DNA of 64,000 nucleotides from Octopus vulgaris (lineage: Eukaryota). Location of the stretch: positions 60,636,001-60,700,000 of the forward strand of contig OX597817.1 of NCBI GenBank assembly GCA_951406725.2, in the 5' to 3' direction. The notes below the pieces were generated by a model. That model saw only the letters and a list, made by a program, of their open reading frames with translations, had not been told where the DNA came from and did not search any database. This document shows positions 39,845-52,904 of this stretch, piece after piece. Numbering within the stretch: the stretch's first letter is position 1; each line of letters begins with the position of its first letter. The translations under genes and the position numbers were made by a program.

Positions 39845-41200
39845 ACGCTCTCTATTACATCCACGTTGTTAAAATCCTTTCTTCAACAATACTCTTCCCT
39901 TCTCCGGCTCAAAAGATTTAGCTTACTTCCTTTCTGGCGACAGTTGCAATAGACAGCTGACAAGACAACACTGAACGAACTGTCATAGTACAGTTCCAAG
40001 GACAGACCATCCAGTTCTTGGAGCGATTATGGCATTATCCAGCTGGTCGATAAATCTGTTTCTTCATCTGAAAAAGGTTTTCTTGCAGCACCTTGTGGTT
40101 TTGAGGTGAGACATTTCTCATCTCCGTCCAAGAACTGAACTTCCAAGACCACCGTCTTCAGTCTGTCTCTGTTTCCGAACAGCCCCGCAACGTGCTTCTG
40201 ATAAACCGCACATATCTTCTAGAAATCAAATAGCCCAATCCCACTGGCTTCTGTCACATATTGAAATTGATCTTTGAGCTTCTGTCTCCAGTAAGTGGTT
40301 AAAGGCCATTTTCGCCCCCAAGTGCTTCATAAGGCGATAACGTGTCCGTTCTCTATTAATCGTTTGTATAGTTTCTCCTTTTATTTACTGATCTTATTTA
40401 TGATATATTTGTAAAACTAACCTATTTTGCTTTAGGTTTTTTTTAAAATGGGCGCTACCACTTTGAACTGCATTCATCAAGTCTTGCCTGACTGATCCTA
40501 AAGCCTTTGTTTGCCGTCAAAAACCAGTGATTCTGTTTCCACACCTCGTGACCATATATATTTGTTCTCGTGTAAATTGATTGAAGACATAAATTTCTGG
40601 TCTGTGCAGCCAAATACTCGATGATGTGGGCAACTTACACTTTTTTAAATAGGTGAAAACTTTAATCTAAATGAGTCTTGGATAATAACTGCAAAGATCT
40701 GAGCAGGTTTGAAAGACTTTTACAACCATTCTTTTATCAGCAAATCCAACACAATGACGTGAGTATATCTAAGATGCCATAGAAGAGTCTTACCAAAATT
40801 AATGATCGAAAAACTCCACAAAAGACTTCTAGTTGTTTGAAAGAATGCAGCCACCGTCGGTGCATGAATGGCCAAAACAGCAGTCTGAAAAGAATATCAC
40901 CAATAATGCTCAGGTTTAAAACAACGACAACCATCTTGGGTGGGTGTGGGTGGGAGGGCGAAACGATACTGGCACTCAGGCGGCCCAAAGAGACTCAGAC
41001 CAAGTTGTGCAGCTCTTTTGGCCAGAAGATGAACAAGAGAGGACGTCTCAGAAACTTTCATCTCGGTCATGACTACCACATCGAAACTTCTTGATCTAAG
41101 ATTATTAAGCAGATATTTATGCATTTCCCCTTAACTATGGCGTGCTCTCTTGCGAAAGGACAGGAAAAGCCATCTACATTGTTTTAACTGTTGGTAATCC
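39845..41200 (-). mobile_element. Decayed Tx1/L1-clade LINE ORF2 (APE endonuclease to start of RT)
   Basis: KYLLNNLRSRSFDVVVMTEMK, TDQKF, DMCGLS..HVAGLFG, DGLSLELY..VLSAVYCN, VLLKKD; many stops and frameshifts. Confidence 0.7.
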
Positions 41201-41618
41201 GGAATTGTAGGTCTGTTTGCCCGGCCAATTTTCAATGTATTCCTCAAGTAACTTTGCCTTGACATTATTTTCCCCTACAACACGTGACATCCATTTCAGT
41301 GCATTCCTCGTGTCGTCTGCTTCCCTAATTTTCTGATTTTGTCTTTCTTCATTTATTTCGTTTTTGTTTTTCCATTTACTCCCGCCTCAGACGTTGATTG
41401 CTTCTGTAAATTCTATTAAACGACTTTTGTCCTTCCCCACAAAAATATTATTATGGACACTTAATTGTTGTTGCGGATGATGCCGCGGTTGCAATTCGTG
41501 TTGCTATAGCTGTGCCTAGTTTATATATATATATATTCTCTTGCTTAGAACTTGTAGTTGTTTTGTTTCTGCTCTAGTTGCTGTTATGGATCTTACTCTT
41601 ATGTGTGTATGTGTGTGT

Positions 41619-41702
<84 letters not shown>

Positions 41703-42380
41703 CAGAAATACAGAAATGAGGTTTAAAATTTACGATAGCTGTTTCGGTAGACTTTTATTGAAGCACTCATAGATTCTATCCTAGCATGTCAGCTGCAATC
41801 TTCCGGTACAATTTTTAACAGATATAAACAGGTGAGGTAATACCTTGGTCATGATCACTCCAACCAACATTGTTCAGGTGCCAATACATATATAATAAAA
41901 ACAAAGATTACAACTGAAGTTGCAAAAAATTGGCAGAAAGCCTTTCAGTATTTTTTCCGACTTTTTCCACATCTGAGCTGTAATTCCGAAGAGGTCAGCC
42001 TTCCTTTTTATCCTTAGGGCAGTCGATTAACAGAATCATTATAGTGTCGGACAAAATACCTAACAGTATTTCTTCGGGCTCTTGACACGCGTGGCTGAAA
42101 TCCTGCCGAAGTCGAGTTCGGCTTTCGTCTTTCCGGTTTGTCCGTATTTGGGTGGCTCTGTAATCAACCGCCCCATCCCAAATTCTAGTCTTGTGCCTGT
42201 CTGAAATCGATTAATCTTATTACTAGCCGTAATTTATGCACAAGAGTTTTACTTTGTTACTCATGTGTCTGTTGGTGTTTGTATTTCCCTACGTACATGT
42301 GTATGTATGAAAACAGAGTACAAACGACGTTTGTACCCTGTGTAAGTTGAATCTATTAATATCAATATTTATATGCTTAT

Positions 42381-42768
42381 GTAAGTAGCTTGCTTACCAA
42401 CCACATGGTTCTGGGTTCAGTCCCACTGCATGGCACCTTGGGTAAGTGTCTTCTACTATAGCCTCGGGCTGACCAAAGCCTTGTGAGTGGATTTGATAGA
42501 CGGAAACTGAAAGAAGCTCGTCGTATATATATATATATATTAAAAAAAAAAAATTTTCTTCTTTCAGTCATTTGACTGCGGCCATGCTGGGGCACCGCCT
42601 TTAATCGAGCAACTCGACCCCGGGACTTATTTTTTGTAAGCCCAGTACTTATTCTATCGGTCTCTTTTGCCGAACCGCTAAGTGACGGGGACATAAACAC
42701 ACCAGCATCGGTTGTGAAGCAATGCTAAGGAGACACACACAGACACACAAACACACACACATACACAT

Positions 42769-42833
<65 letters not shown>

Positions 42834-42915
42834 TATATACAACAGGCTTCTTTCAGTTTCCGTCAACCAGTATACGTATGTGTGTGTATATGTATTGTGT
42901 GTCTGTGTTTGTTGA
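42381..42915. mobile_element. SINE family B (+) with a second family B copy (-, ~42555-42870) nested in its internal (TA)n
   Basis: Plus head 42381-42523, then minus tail-to-core segment, then the plus copy resumes (tgtgtgtctgtgtttg). Confidence 0.8.
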
Positions 42916-43126
42916 CTGGTGAACCAGCCTTTTGGATTGCATCAAGCTGTATCGATATAATGTAGAATAAAAATATTAATAATAACAATAATCCTTGGAT
43001 GGAATTTATAAATTTTTTAATGCAATTAAAATATATCCAAGGATTATTGTTATTATTACCATACGCACTCACACGCGCGCACGCACACACACACACACAC
43101 GCACATGCACACACACACATACACAC

Positions 43127-43321
43127 AGAGTTCAAACATTTACAGAAATTAAAAGACGAAGGCAAGTGAGGGAACAACAAGCAAGTATATTAGTTTGACG
43201 CTCAGGAAAATGGAAAAGTCTTTGACGTTTCGAGGCTACGCTCGTCGACAGAAAGGGTTGAGAGGGGAAAATGGAGAGATAACAAAAAAAAAAGAATGTA
43301 TAGTGATTAACGGTTCAACAT

Positions 43322-43324
<3 letters not shown>
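43127..43324 (-). mobile_element. Hammerhead-motif repeat family H copy
   Basis: Minus strand CTTT-CTGTCGA-C-GAG-cgtagc-CTC-GAAA-CG-TC-AAAG (43220-43255); between CA and TG microsatellites. Confidence 0.75.
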
Positions 43325-43381
<57 letters not shown>

Positions 43382-43394
43382 TAGTGCGTGTGTA

Positions 43395-43700
43395 AAGTTG
43401 CGTGGCTTAGCGATTAGAGTATTCGGCTCACGGTCGGGTTCGATTCCTGGCGGCAGCAAGACACCTTATTTCACTTTATTGCCCTAGTCCACTCAGCTAG
43501 CTGGCAAAAATGAGTTGTATCTGTAATTCAAAGGGGCCAGCCTTGTCACATTCTGTGTCCATGCTGAATCGCCCGAATACTACGTTAAAGGTACACGTGT
43601 CTGTGGAGTGCTCAGCCACTTGCACGTTAATATCACGAGCAGGGTGTTCCGTTGATCGGATCGCCTGGAACAGTTGTCGTCGTAACCAACGTAGTGCCAT
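43395..43700 (+). mobile_element. SINE family C
   Basis: gcgtggcttagcgattagagtattcggctcacg..gggttcgattcctggc..ttatttcac...ccactcagct; tail shared with 25290-25450. Confidence 0.82.
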
Positions 43701-43743
43701 TGTGCTTTCAATCTTCTACATATATATGCGTATATATATATAC

Positions 43744-43791
<48 letters not shown>

Positions 43792-43795
<4 letters not shown>

Positions 43796-43995
43796 AGAGT
43801 TTACGAAATAAACAAAAGACGAAGACAGGTGGTGTACGAAACAAACAGATGTATTAGTATAACGCTCAGGAATAGAAAAAGTATTTTACGTTTCGAGCCT
43901 ACGCTCTTCTGCAGAAAGGGACACAGAAAAAAAAACAAGGAGAGGAAAAAAAGGAGAGAAAAAATGTGTGTAGTGGCTAACGATCTATCATAGTG
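43792..43995 (-). mobile_element. Hammerhead-motif repeat family H copy in (TA)n
   Basis: Minus strand CTTT-CTGCAGA-A-GAG-cgtagg-CTC-GAAA-CG-TA-AAA; strongly similar to 17191-17400. Confidence 0.8.
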
Positions 43996-44023
43996 ACATA
44001 TATATATACGTGTATACGTTTGT

Positions 44024-44086
<63 letters not shown>

Positions 44087-44574
44087 TGTGTGTAAATCAA
44101 AGAATTTATATGGAAAAGAAAAAGAAGAATGCAGGCAGGTGGAAGGCGGATTTTGTTTAAAGACGAAAACTGTTCTGTGGCAAAGATTAACAGCTTGGAA
44201 ACATCATTCTGATTAAAAGTACGGCTGTATGTATTTCTTCAGTTGTTGTTGTTCTTGTTGCTCTTTTTTGTGGTTGGTGTTTGCTTCTGTATTTGGGGGA
44301 GGAAATGATGGTGAAAATGGCGCGTGCTTGCAATTGATAAAAACCAAAATGGCGCCCAGGTCAAATGTCTTGTGGCGGTTTACTGGGTTTGTTTCATTTC
44401 CTTCTTTCTTTTTCTCGTGATGTTTAAACTTTTGCATGTGACCGTTCACAGATACCGAAACGTTTGCTTTCCGCGATAATTCTAAAGATTAGAGAGATCA
44501 CTCCCCCCCCCCCGCCAACACCGTTTTATCATTGATACTATTGAGTGTATGAATGCGTTCGTACACACACATAC

Positions 44575-44659
<85 letters not shown>

Positions 44660-45682
44660 TATCCATACATATGCATGTATAATGTGTGTATACATACAGG
44701 CATACACACACATACATATGTATATACAACACAAACACACATAAATGTATATACGTTTCTGCGCCTGCATCTACGTGTGTGTGTGTGTACGTATGTAATG
44801 AGCAGGAAGTGTGAAGACGATGCTGATACACAAGTTGATATAAGTTTCCAAGGAGACGCTTGATGCTATAACTACGGGCGTGTGCGGAGCCTTACTCCCA
44901 TGTGCACGCTTTTAAAGTCTCTCTCTCTCTCCCCTCTCTCTCTTCCACTATTTTTATCTTGTTCTGCCCCGTTCATATACACATACACCTACACAACTGT
45001 ATATACAATGGACGTTTGCGCACAAGTGTGAACACTTACACGTGCGTGTGTGGAATTTGGAAGTGCCACTCGTAACAAAGAATTCCAGAGGAAAGGGATT
45101 AACTCATATCCACAAAGAAATGCCTCCCCACCAAAAAAATAAAAAATGTTAGGCAAACGGAAAAAGAAAGAAAGAAAGAAAGAAAGAAAGAAGAGGACAA
45201 CGATTGCGAGGGAATTTGTATTATTATTATATAATGGTATGCATGGCAGTGTGGGTAAGAAGCTCGTTTTGCTGCGGGGCTTTGAGTTCAGTCCCACTTT
45301 GCAGCACCTTGGGCAAGTGTCTTCTACCATAGCTCCGGATTTCCTATAGAATTTGGTAGACGGAAGCTGTGCAAAAGCCATTACTATATGTAGCAACAGA
45401 CTATCGGATGATATTACTCATCGCTGGTCACAATGCGTTTCACATTGTTTTAGTTTTCGAATGATGTCCCGCTGATCAGACGAACATGCTAACATTCACC
45501 TTGACCGGAAGTCCATTCTGTCGTAGGGGTGATCCGCTTGCGACCGAGTGGACTGGAACAATCTGAAACGAAGTATTTTGTTCAAGAATCAACTCCCATG
45601 GACGACGCCCTTTCACACACTCTCTCTCTCCCTCTTCCTCACACACACACGCATGCGCATACACACATACATATACAATGCA

Positions 45683-45752
<70 letters not shown>

Positions 45753-46057
45753 TATATTTGTGTGTATGTGTCTTTGGGTCTCTTCTTCCCCATCGCTTGG
45801 CAACGGCTGTTGGTTTCTTTATGTCCTTTTAATCTCACGGCTCGGCAAAAGACATAGAATAAGTACGAAACTTTAAATAAATCTAATTAGTACAGGTGTC
45901 GATTTCTTCGAGACACCCTTCCAGGTTTTGCTCCAGCATGGCCGCCGACCAGTGACTGGAATAAGTAAATAGTTTTCCCTGCTGTTGTCTTACCCCTTAT
46001 GCTAAAACTGAGACATTCGAACGCAATATTATTTCAATTATTATTTCGTAGAAGAGA

Positions 46058-46800
46058 AGGCGTCGAGCTGGCAGAATCGTTACCGCGCTGGGTAAGAATG
46101 CTTACCTTCATTTCGTCTGTCTGAACGGTTCGAGTTCAAATTCCACCGGGTCGACTTTGCTTTTCATTTTTTTGGGGTCGATAAAATAAATACCAGTCAT
46201 GTACTGAGGTCGATCTAAATGACTTGCCCTCTCGTTCAAATTGCTGGTCTTGTGCCAAAATTGTTATTATTATGCTAATACTTGCAAATTTTGTTAGCAG
46301 ATATTTTATCTTGATGTTTGGTGACAAGTTTCTAAAGTTTCAAGAATCGTACGTAAAGGTCGAGAACTGGCCGAGTCTTTAAAGTGTCGGAGAATATGTC
46401 TTCCGATTCTTTCGATTCGTTATTATTCATCATTACTTCCGATTCATTACGTTTTGAGTTCAAATTATGCCGAGGTGGACAGTCGCTTTCCATCCTTTCG
46501 GGGACAATGAAAGAAGTACCAGTTGAACATTGGGTACATGAAAGCAGCTTCCCTCTCTATTCAAAACTGCTGGCCTTGTGTCAAATTTACAAAAGAATTA
46601 CAAGACGACGAGTTGGTAGAATCGTTAAGGAGCCGGTCAAAATGGTTAGTAGCGGTTACTTCAGCTTTACGTTCTGAGCTGAAATTCCGCTTAGATCGAT
46701 TTTACTTTTCATTAAAATTAGTGCCAGTCAAGTAATGGTCCCTCGATGGAATCGACTCAACCCGCCGCCACTTAAATTGCTAGCTTCGTGGTCAAATTTG
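46058..46800 (+). mobile_element. Cluster of three degenerate SINE family A copies
   Basis: Repeated gagttcaaatt..gccg..gtcga..tttc.at..tt.ggg...gtaccagt and ttgctgg.cttgtg.caaa motifs. Confidence 0.7.
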
Positions 46801-46902
46801 ACACCGTCATTGCTAAAAGCATAGAACTCTACAATTTATTTTCAAGCAACTCAATTTTTTACAAAACATTCATATAAGACACTCGTCATTGATAAAATTT
46901 AA

Positions 46903-46936
<34 letters not shown>

Positions 46937-46967
46937 CTCTAGAATCTACAGTTCACATACACTAGAG

Positions 46968-47216
46968 CAGTGGTTTCCAAAGTGGGCTGTATTTCCCACC
47001 TGGGGGAGGTGGAAAGTTCCAAGAAAATTGGGACGATAATGGTGTAGAGATTCACGTAAAAACCACAAAATAATGGGTTTATTAGTTTAAGTTTTATTTG
47101 CTTTGAATTTGCTTCAGAAAGAGGTCTATGTTTGTGATGGCCAGTTGGGATGGGAGCACTGGGAATGTGGCTTGGGGGTCAAGAGGGCGGCAGCCCCCAA
47201 AATTTGGTAACCACTG
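46968..47216. mobile_element. hAT (Charlie-type) MITE
   Basis: TIRs cagtggtttccaaa / tttggtaaccactg; 8-bp flanks cactagag and gtctagag (6/8 identical, NTCTAGAN-type target). Confidence 0.8.
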
Positions 47217-47626
47217 GTCTAGAGTTTAGATTCCTTGACTTCGAATAGAAATTTCCAACTCAGCCTCACATTGTGACGAGTTGGTTATCTCCCTTTCTAT
47301 TGACGGCCACTAGAGGCATTAAGTGTCTCACTTTGTGTGCGTGTATATGTGTGTGTGTGTGAGTGTGTGGTGTGTGTGTATGCGTGTGTGCGTGTGTATG
47401 TGTAGACTTAGTTGCCTATGACTTTTTCGCTATTTTTCAATCTCCTGGTCAAGTCATCTAAATGCATGGAATCAAAGATTTTAGTTCGAAAGTTAATTTC
47501 TAAACGGGAAATCTTTCATGTCATGTGTGCTTGTCTCTGTGTAGTTGTGTGTGTAATCGTTGCTAATGACGAACGAGAGAGGTATTCAACATAATGGCGC
47601 ATGCAATAGAGGTCCTGCTGTAACCT

Positions 47627-47856
47627 ATTTCTTTATTACCCACAAGGGGCTAAACATAGAGGGGACAAACAAGGACAGACATAGGTATTAAGTCGATTAC
47701 ATCGACCCCAGTGCGTAACTGGTACTTAATGTATCGACCCCGAAAGGATGAAAGGTAAAGTCGACCTCGGCGGAATTTGAACTCACAACGTAACGTCAGA
47801 CGAAATACGGCTACGCATTTCGCCCGGAGTGCTAACGTCTCTGCCAGCTCCCCGCC
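47627..47856 (-). mobile_element. SINE family A, full length, with TSD
   Basis: Direct repeat (cc)tgctgtaacct at ~47614-47626 and ~47855-47867. Confidence 0.92.
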
Positions 47857-48446
47857 TGCTGTAACCTGTTCTGTACGGATGTCTACTGCGTGGGAGACAC
47901 ACCTGGTTAACAGGATCTTCAATTAACCCCCCCCCCACTAAAAAAACGATTTATCTATAAATACGAATGCACTCACACGCACACACACACTCAGGCACAT
48001 ACAGAAACATGCACAACATGCGCTCGCCACGCATGCGCACATAAGCACACGCATGCGCGCCTGCTCATGCTCTCGTTTATAGTTGTATACGCAGTTACGT
48101 TTGCACACCTTTTCATGGATATTATACAAAGTTATGAGCATTTCAAACGCTCTGCCCATCATTCATTCTCCGTTGAAATAAAAATAGAGAATGTTATACA
48201 TACATACACCCATTCATATATACATACGTACACACATACATACACATACTACGTACATGCATACAGACATATATACACACACATACACACATGTATGTAT
48301 ATATATGTATATATACAAATATATATATACATACACACATACACGCACACGTATATGAGTAGCAATGCATATAGATAAAAATACACTCACACACATATGC
48401 ATGTATATGTATGTATATATACATATATATACATACATACATATAT

Positions 48447-48510
<64 letters not shown>

Positions 48511-49166
48511 CACACACATACACGCACACATATATGAGTGGCAATGCACATAGATAAAAATACACACACACACACGCACATACATACATGTAAAGAAATC
48601 TTATCAAAACAACTCCCCCGTTTTATGTAAAATGCTTCCCTACACGATAAAACGGTTTTAGTTACTTTCAAGAGCCTTGTTGTCTAATTTCAGATGAGGT
48701 AACGTTTGTGTCTTATGATGTATTTCTTATACATTACAATCGGCCTATCCAGCCTCCTATGTATGTATATATTACAGCGTACCCTATCAACCTTTTTTTC
48801 TAGTTTTATCATATGTTACACTCCCTTATCTCTATATGATATTTATTGAGTGGTTGCGAGTGCCAGATCATTGACCAAAGGAATAGGGTTCGAAAAAAAA
48901 GTGACATTGCCGTACACTTTCAGTTTTGAGTTCTCGAATCTTTCGTTGCTTAAGAGGGACCGACTTACGCATCGAACGACCTTCAGAAAAACACGAAGAC
49001 CACAACTTCACGTCTCTTTCCTCCAATCTGTTGGACCAATATATAATTTGCTTTCATCTTTTGTACTAATGTCTTTGCCTTTCATACACATGCATACTTA
49101 CGAGTTCCCATCTCTGTATGTGTTGTGTGTGTGTGTGTGTGTGCGTGTGTGTGTGTGTATACACAC

Positions 49167-49770
49167 ACGAGGGAGGATAAAAAGATTTATACGTACTCTT
49201 GTTTTCTCAATGTAGTTACATAAAAGCAGGGGATAAACAAATACGTCATTTTTCTATATAGTCTCCTTCCTTTTCGATGCACTTGGTCCAGCGGTTCACA
49301 AGCTTGCGTATTCCCTCCAAGAAGAAGGTTTTCGGCTGGTCGTGCGACCATTTATGTACCGCTTCCTATCTGTAGGAGACCGACGACCTCGTAAACTATC
49401 TTTGACCGGTCCAAAGGTATGATAATCAGGAGGAGCGAGATCTGGGCTGTAGGCAGGGTGTTCCAGCACCACAAAATCCAATTGGTTAATGGTTCCAATG
49501 GTCTGGGCGGCAGTGTGTATGCGTGCATTGTCATGCATCAGCAAAACTTTCTTCAACAATAGGCTTCGGCGTTTGTTGCGAATTGCTCGCTTCAATTTGT
49601 TGGCCAGCAAAGCACTGTATCTTGCACTGTTCCAGGTAGTCCTCCAGTATAGGCCCTTGTGAATCCCAAAGGGTTAGTATCATATTTCCCGCGGAAGACT
49701 GAGTCTTGAATTTCTTCGTCGCCGGCGAGCCAGAATGTTTCCACTCCATATTCTGAATTTGGATTCTGCG

Positions 49771-49772
<2 letters not shown>
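49167..49772 (-). mobile_element. Mariner transposon 3' half, decayed
   Basis: MEWKHSGSPATKKFKTQSSAGNM, LKRAIRNKRR..LLMHDNARIH, LEHPAYSPDLAPPDYHTFGP; TIR-like acgagggagg. Confidence 0.92.
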
Positions 49773-49816
<44 letters not shown>

Positions 49817-49831
49817 ACATTTATGAATTTG

Positions 49832-50139
49832 TTGCCAAATAAACAGACGCAGTATATATTAGCTCTTTGTTTGTTCATTACTGTTCTTATTGTATGTCCT
49901 TTGTCTGGAAATCTTTCGTCAGACATTTTCTGACCTCTTCAGCGGTTCTCCATCCCACGTGTCTCCCCTGTTCTGTTTAATCCATTTTCTGAATCGAACT
50001 CGAGGAGACACGTGCGATGGGGAGTGGCTGAAAAGGTCTGAGGACGTGTGACGAAAGATTTCAAGACAATGGACATAAAATAAGAACAAAAAATAAACAA
50101 GTGAAAAACGAATATATAATGCGTGTGTTCATTTGGCAA
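49832..50139. repeat. Fold-back element: ~135-bp imperfect inverted arms with hammerhead-like motifs
   Basis: Arms 49832-49966 and 50004-50139; left arm on minus reads CTGAAGA-G-GTCAGA-aaatg-TCTGAC-GAAA-GATT-TC. Confidence 0.75.
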
Positions 50140-51510
50140 AATAAAAATTAACGTCTCGAAATATAACGATGTGTGTGTGTGAGAGTGTGTGTGCGCGTGT
50201 GTGTGTGTATGTAAGTACATGTATATGCATGTGTGTGTGTCTATATTATTATTGTTGTTGTTGTTGTTGTGGCTCTATTGTTGGGGCATAGAGATACCAA
50301 TAACCTGGTGTTAGAGCTCACTATACGTATGTTTTAGAAGAAAGCGTCAGCTGAGTACAGAGCGATAATAAGAAATTAGAATGTCAAAGGAATAAGAAAT
50401 TGTGTAATCAACTTCATTAGCATACAACTGTTTCTGCTATAAGGTGCAATGCACTCAGAGCTGAATGTGTGGGCATCACTCTATAGCTTCCTCTGAGCTA
50501 CAGATATGAAGCATAATATTATTTGGAAAACGTTTACGTTTAATGTTATACACACACAACGCATATCTTATTTCCTTCACAAGACTGTCATCGACATTTT
50601 CTATTGAAAAAGTTTATTTTATTAAATCCAGTCCTTTAATCCAATGTTTAAAATTTCACTCACAAGACTTTTCTCTGCCCACACGTGAAGTGCTGCGCAG
50701 AGGGATTGAGCTTAAAACCACGAGATCGCAAAGCGAGCTCCTTACCTCGACAGCCATGTCTGTGACTATTAAAACACAGCAATTCGTTTGTATATTTCTG
50801 CGTTACATAAGAAAATAATTAATTAGTGTAATCAAATCTTTAATTGCACCATTAATAGCCCTATTATATGTTCGTTATTTACATTATAACTGTGCTACCA
50901 TTCCATTCTGTTGCGAATCCATTGTCTGGGCGGTGTCTTATTCGATAGCAAACAAATACTTTAGCTGTGTGATGTTTGTTCAGTTGGCGATCCCAAGGAA
51001 ACCATTTCATAAGAAACACTTGGCGATCCGAGTTAAGTGAATATACTATTCACAGTTGCCACGAAAATGAATTTGTTCTTTTCCCACCAATATCTCCCTT
51101 CCCCCCACCTCACTATCATCATCATCATCATCACATTCCTACCGTTACTGCTTTTATCGATAGTTCTTTCTAAATTTGGCACGAAGCCAGCAGTTTTTGA
51201 GATGAAGCGGGAGTTGATTACATCGATCTCCACTGCTTAAATGCTACTTGTTTCATCGACCCTGCAAAGCTGAAAAGGCTAAGTCGATCCGGGCAGAACT
51301 TGAACTCTGAACGTAAAAGACGGATGAAATATAGCAAACCGTTTCCCGCCATTTCGTCCGCCCTTACGTTCTGAGTTCAAATTCCGCCCAGGTCGACTCT
51401 GTCTCTCATGTCTTCGGCGTTGATATAAGTACCAGCTACACACTGGGGTCGATGTAATTGATTTAGTCTCTTCCCCAAAACTGCTGTCCTTTTGCCAAAA
51501 TTTGAAACAA

Positions 51511-51756
51511 TCTTCTTCTTCTTTTTCTTCTTCTTCTTCTTCTTCTTCTTCTTCTTCTTCTTCTTCTTCTTCTTCTTCTAATTCTTCTTCTTCTTTTTCT
51601 TTTTCTTCTTCTCGTCCTCTTCCTCCTTCCTTTTCTTCTTCTTCTCGTCCTCCTCTTCCTTCTTCTTCTTTTTCTTCTTCTTTTTCTTCTTCTTTTCTTC
51701 TTCTTCTTCTTCTTCTTCTTCTTCTTCTTCTTCTTCTTCTTCTTCTTCTTCTTTTC
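51511..51756. repeat. (CTT)n polypyrimidine microsatellite
   Basis: Direct reading. Confidence 0.95.
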
Positions 51757-52377
51757 TATTGGATACGAACTAATGCTGTTGTTTTATTGCTTTTGTAACA
51801 GAGTAAACATTTACAGAAAACATTTCCAAAAAATATTTAAATTTTAGAAGAAAATATTTCAAATTTATCTTTTCTGGTATCGACAAGGTAAGCGTTTTTG
51901 CAAATGGTTGCCATCTGTAAAATATCTTTGCGAATTTCTTTTAGGAACTGTAGGAGGAAGCGGAGGAGGTGACGAAGAGGAGACTTTGAGAACAATTGCC
52001 GCTAACCTGCTCTGTTTGTGGAGAGTAACGTGACGGATATATTAAACAATAACATGAACATCAACAACACACAGGAATACTTTTACTCTTCACGATTCGA
52101 ACAAAATAAACAAGTATTAAAACAACAACAAAAAGAAAACAAAAGCAGTAACAACAATAAAGAAAATGACAGCGGCGACAAAAATATGAACGTTGGTGAA
52201 CCAACGTTGTTACCACGATTTCGTTGCTCAACAATTTATTAGTAGCAGACAAATCTCCCTTCTTACATTATATATTGCTTAGCAAGATAAGAACTCATTG
52301 GATATGGCAGTGCTGAATGTAATATGGTCTCGGTTTCAATGACTTTGACCATAGGCCTGCTCCACCGAGTGTGAAAC

Positions 52378-52669
52378 AATAACCTCTCGAAAGAGCTGTT
52401 CTTCACTCCTGCTCCAGAGCGTCGGCTGCGGGGTCATTCCGAAAAGCTCTACCTGCGACGATTTCATCTCAATCGAAGGAGAGGAGCTTTCTCCGTCCGG
52501 GTTGCGGATCCGTGGAACAAGCTGCCAGACGAGATGGTGAAGATGGCGACGACCGCTTTGTTCAAAGCCTCCCTTGACCTCAAGTGGCCTGAACTCTTTA
52601 CATGAACACCACCCTGTACTTAACTCCATGTCCCCCTACATGGCCTTGCTATTTGCTTTTGAGCCAAAT

Positions 52670-52709
<40 letters not shown>
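52378..52709 (+). mobile_element. 3' end of a CR1-clade LINE with (TAAC)n tail
   Basis: Open frame 52381-52605: ...RLRGHSEKLYLRRFHLNRRRGAFSVRVADPWNKLPDEMVKM..FKASLD..*; short 3' UTR; (CTAA)n tail. Confidence 0.92.
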
Positions 52710-52904
52710 CACCAGCTTAACAATAATATCAATGAGGGCGATTGTATTGTCAGAAACTCTTTTGAAAACTCAGGTTGCAGCTGATTGGAGATTCACTGCA
52801 AAATAATTCTTTCTGTAACAGGCACAAGGCTTGAAATGTTGGGAGGTGGGGGTAAGGCGATCGCATCGATCCCAGTAATTGACTAGTACTTATTTATGTC
52901 AGCT

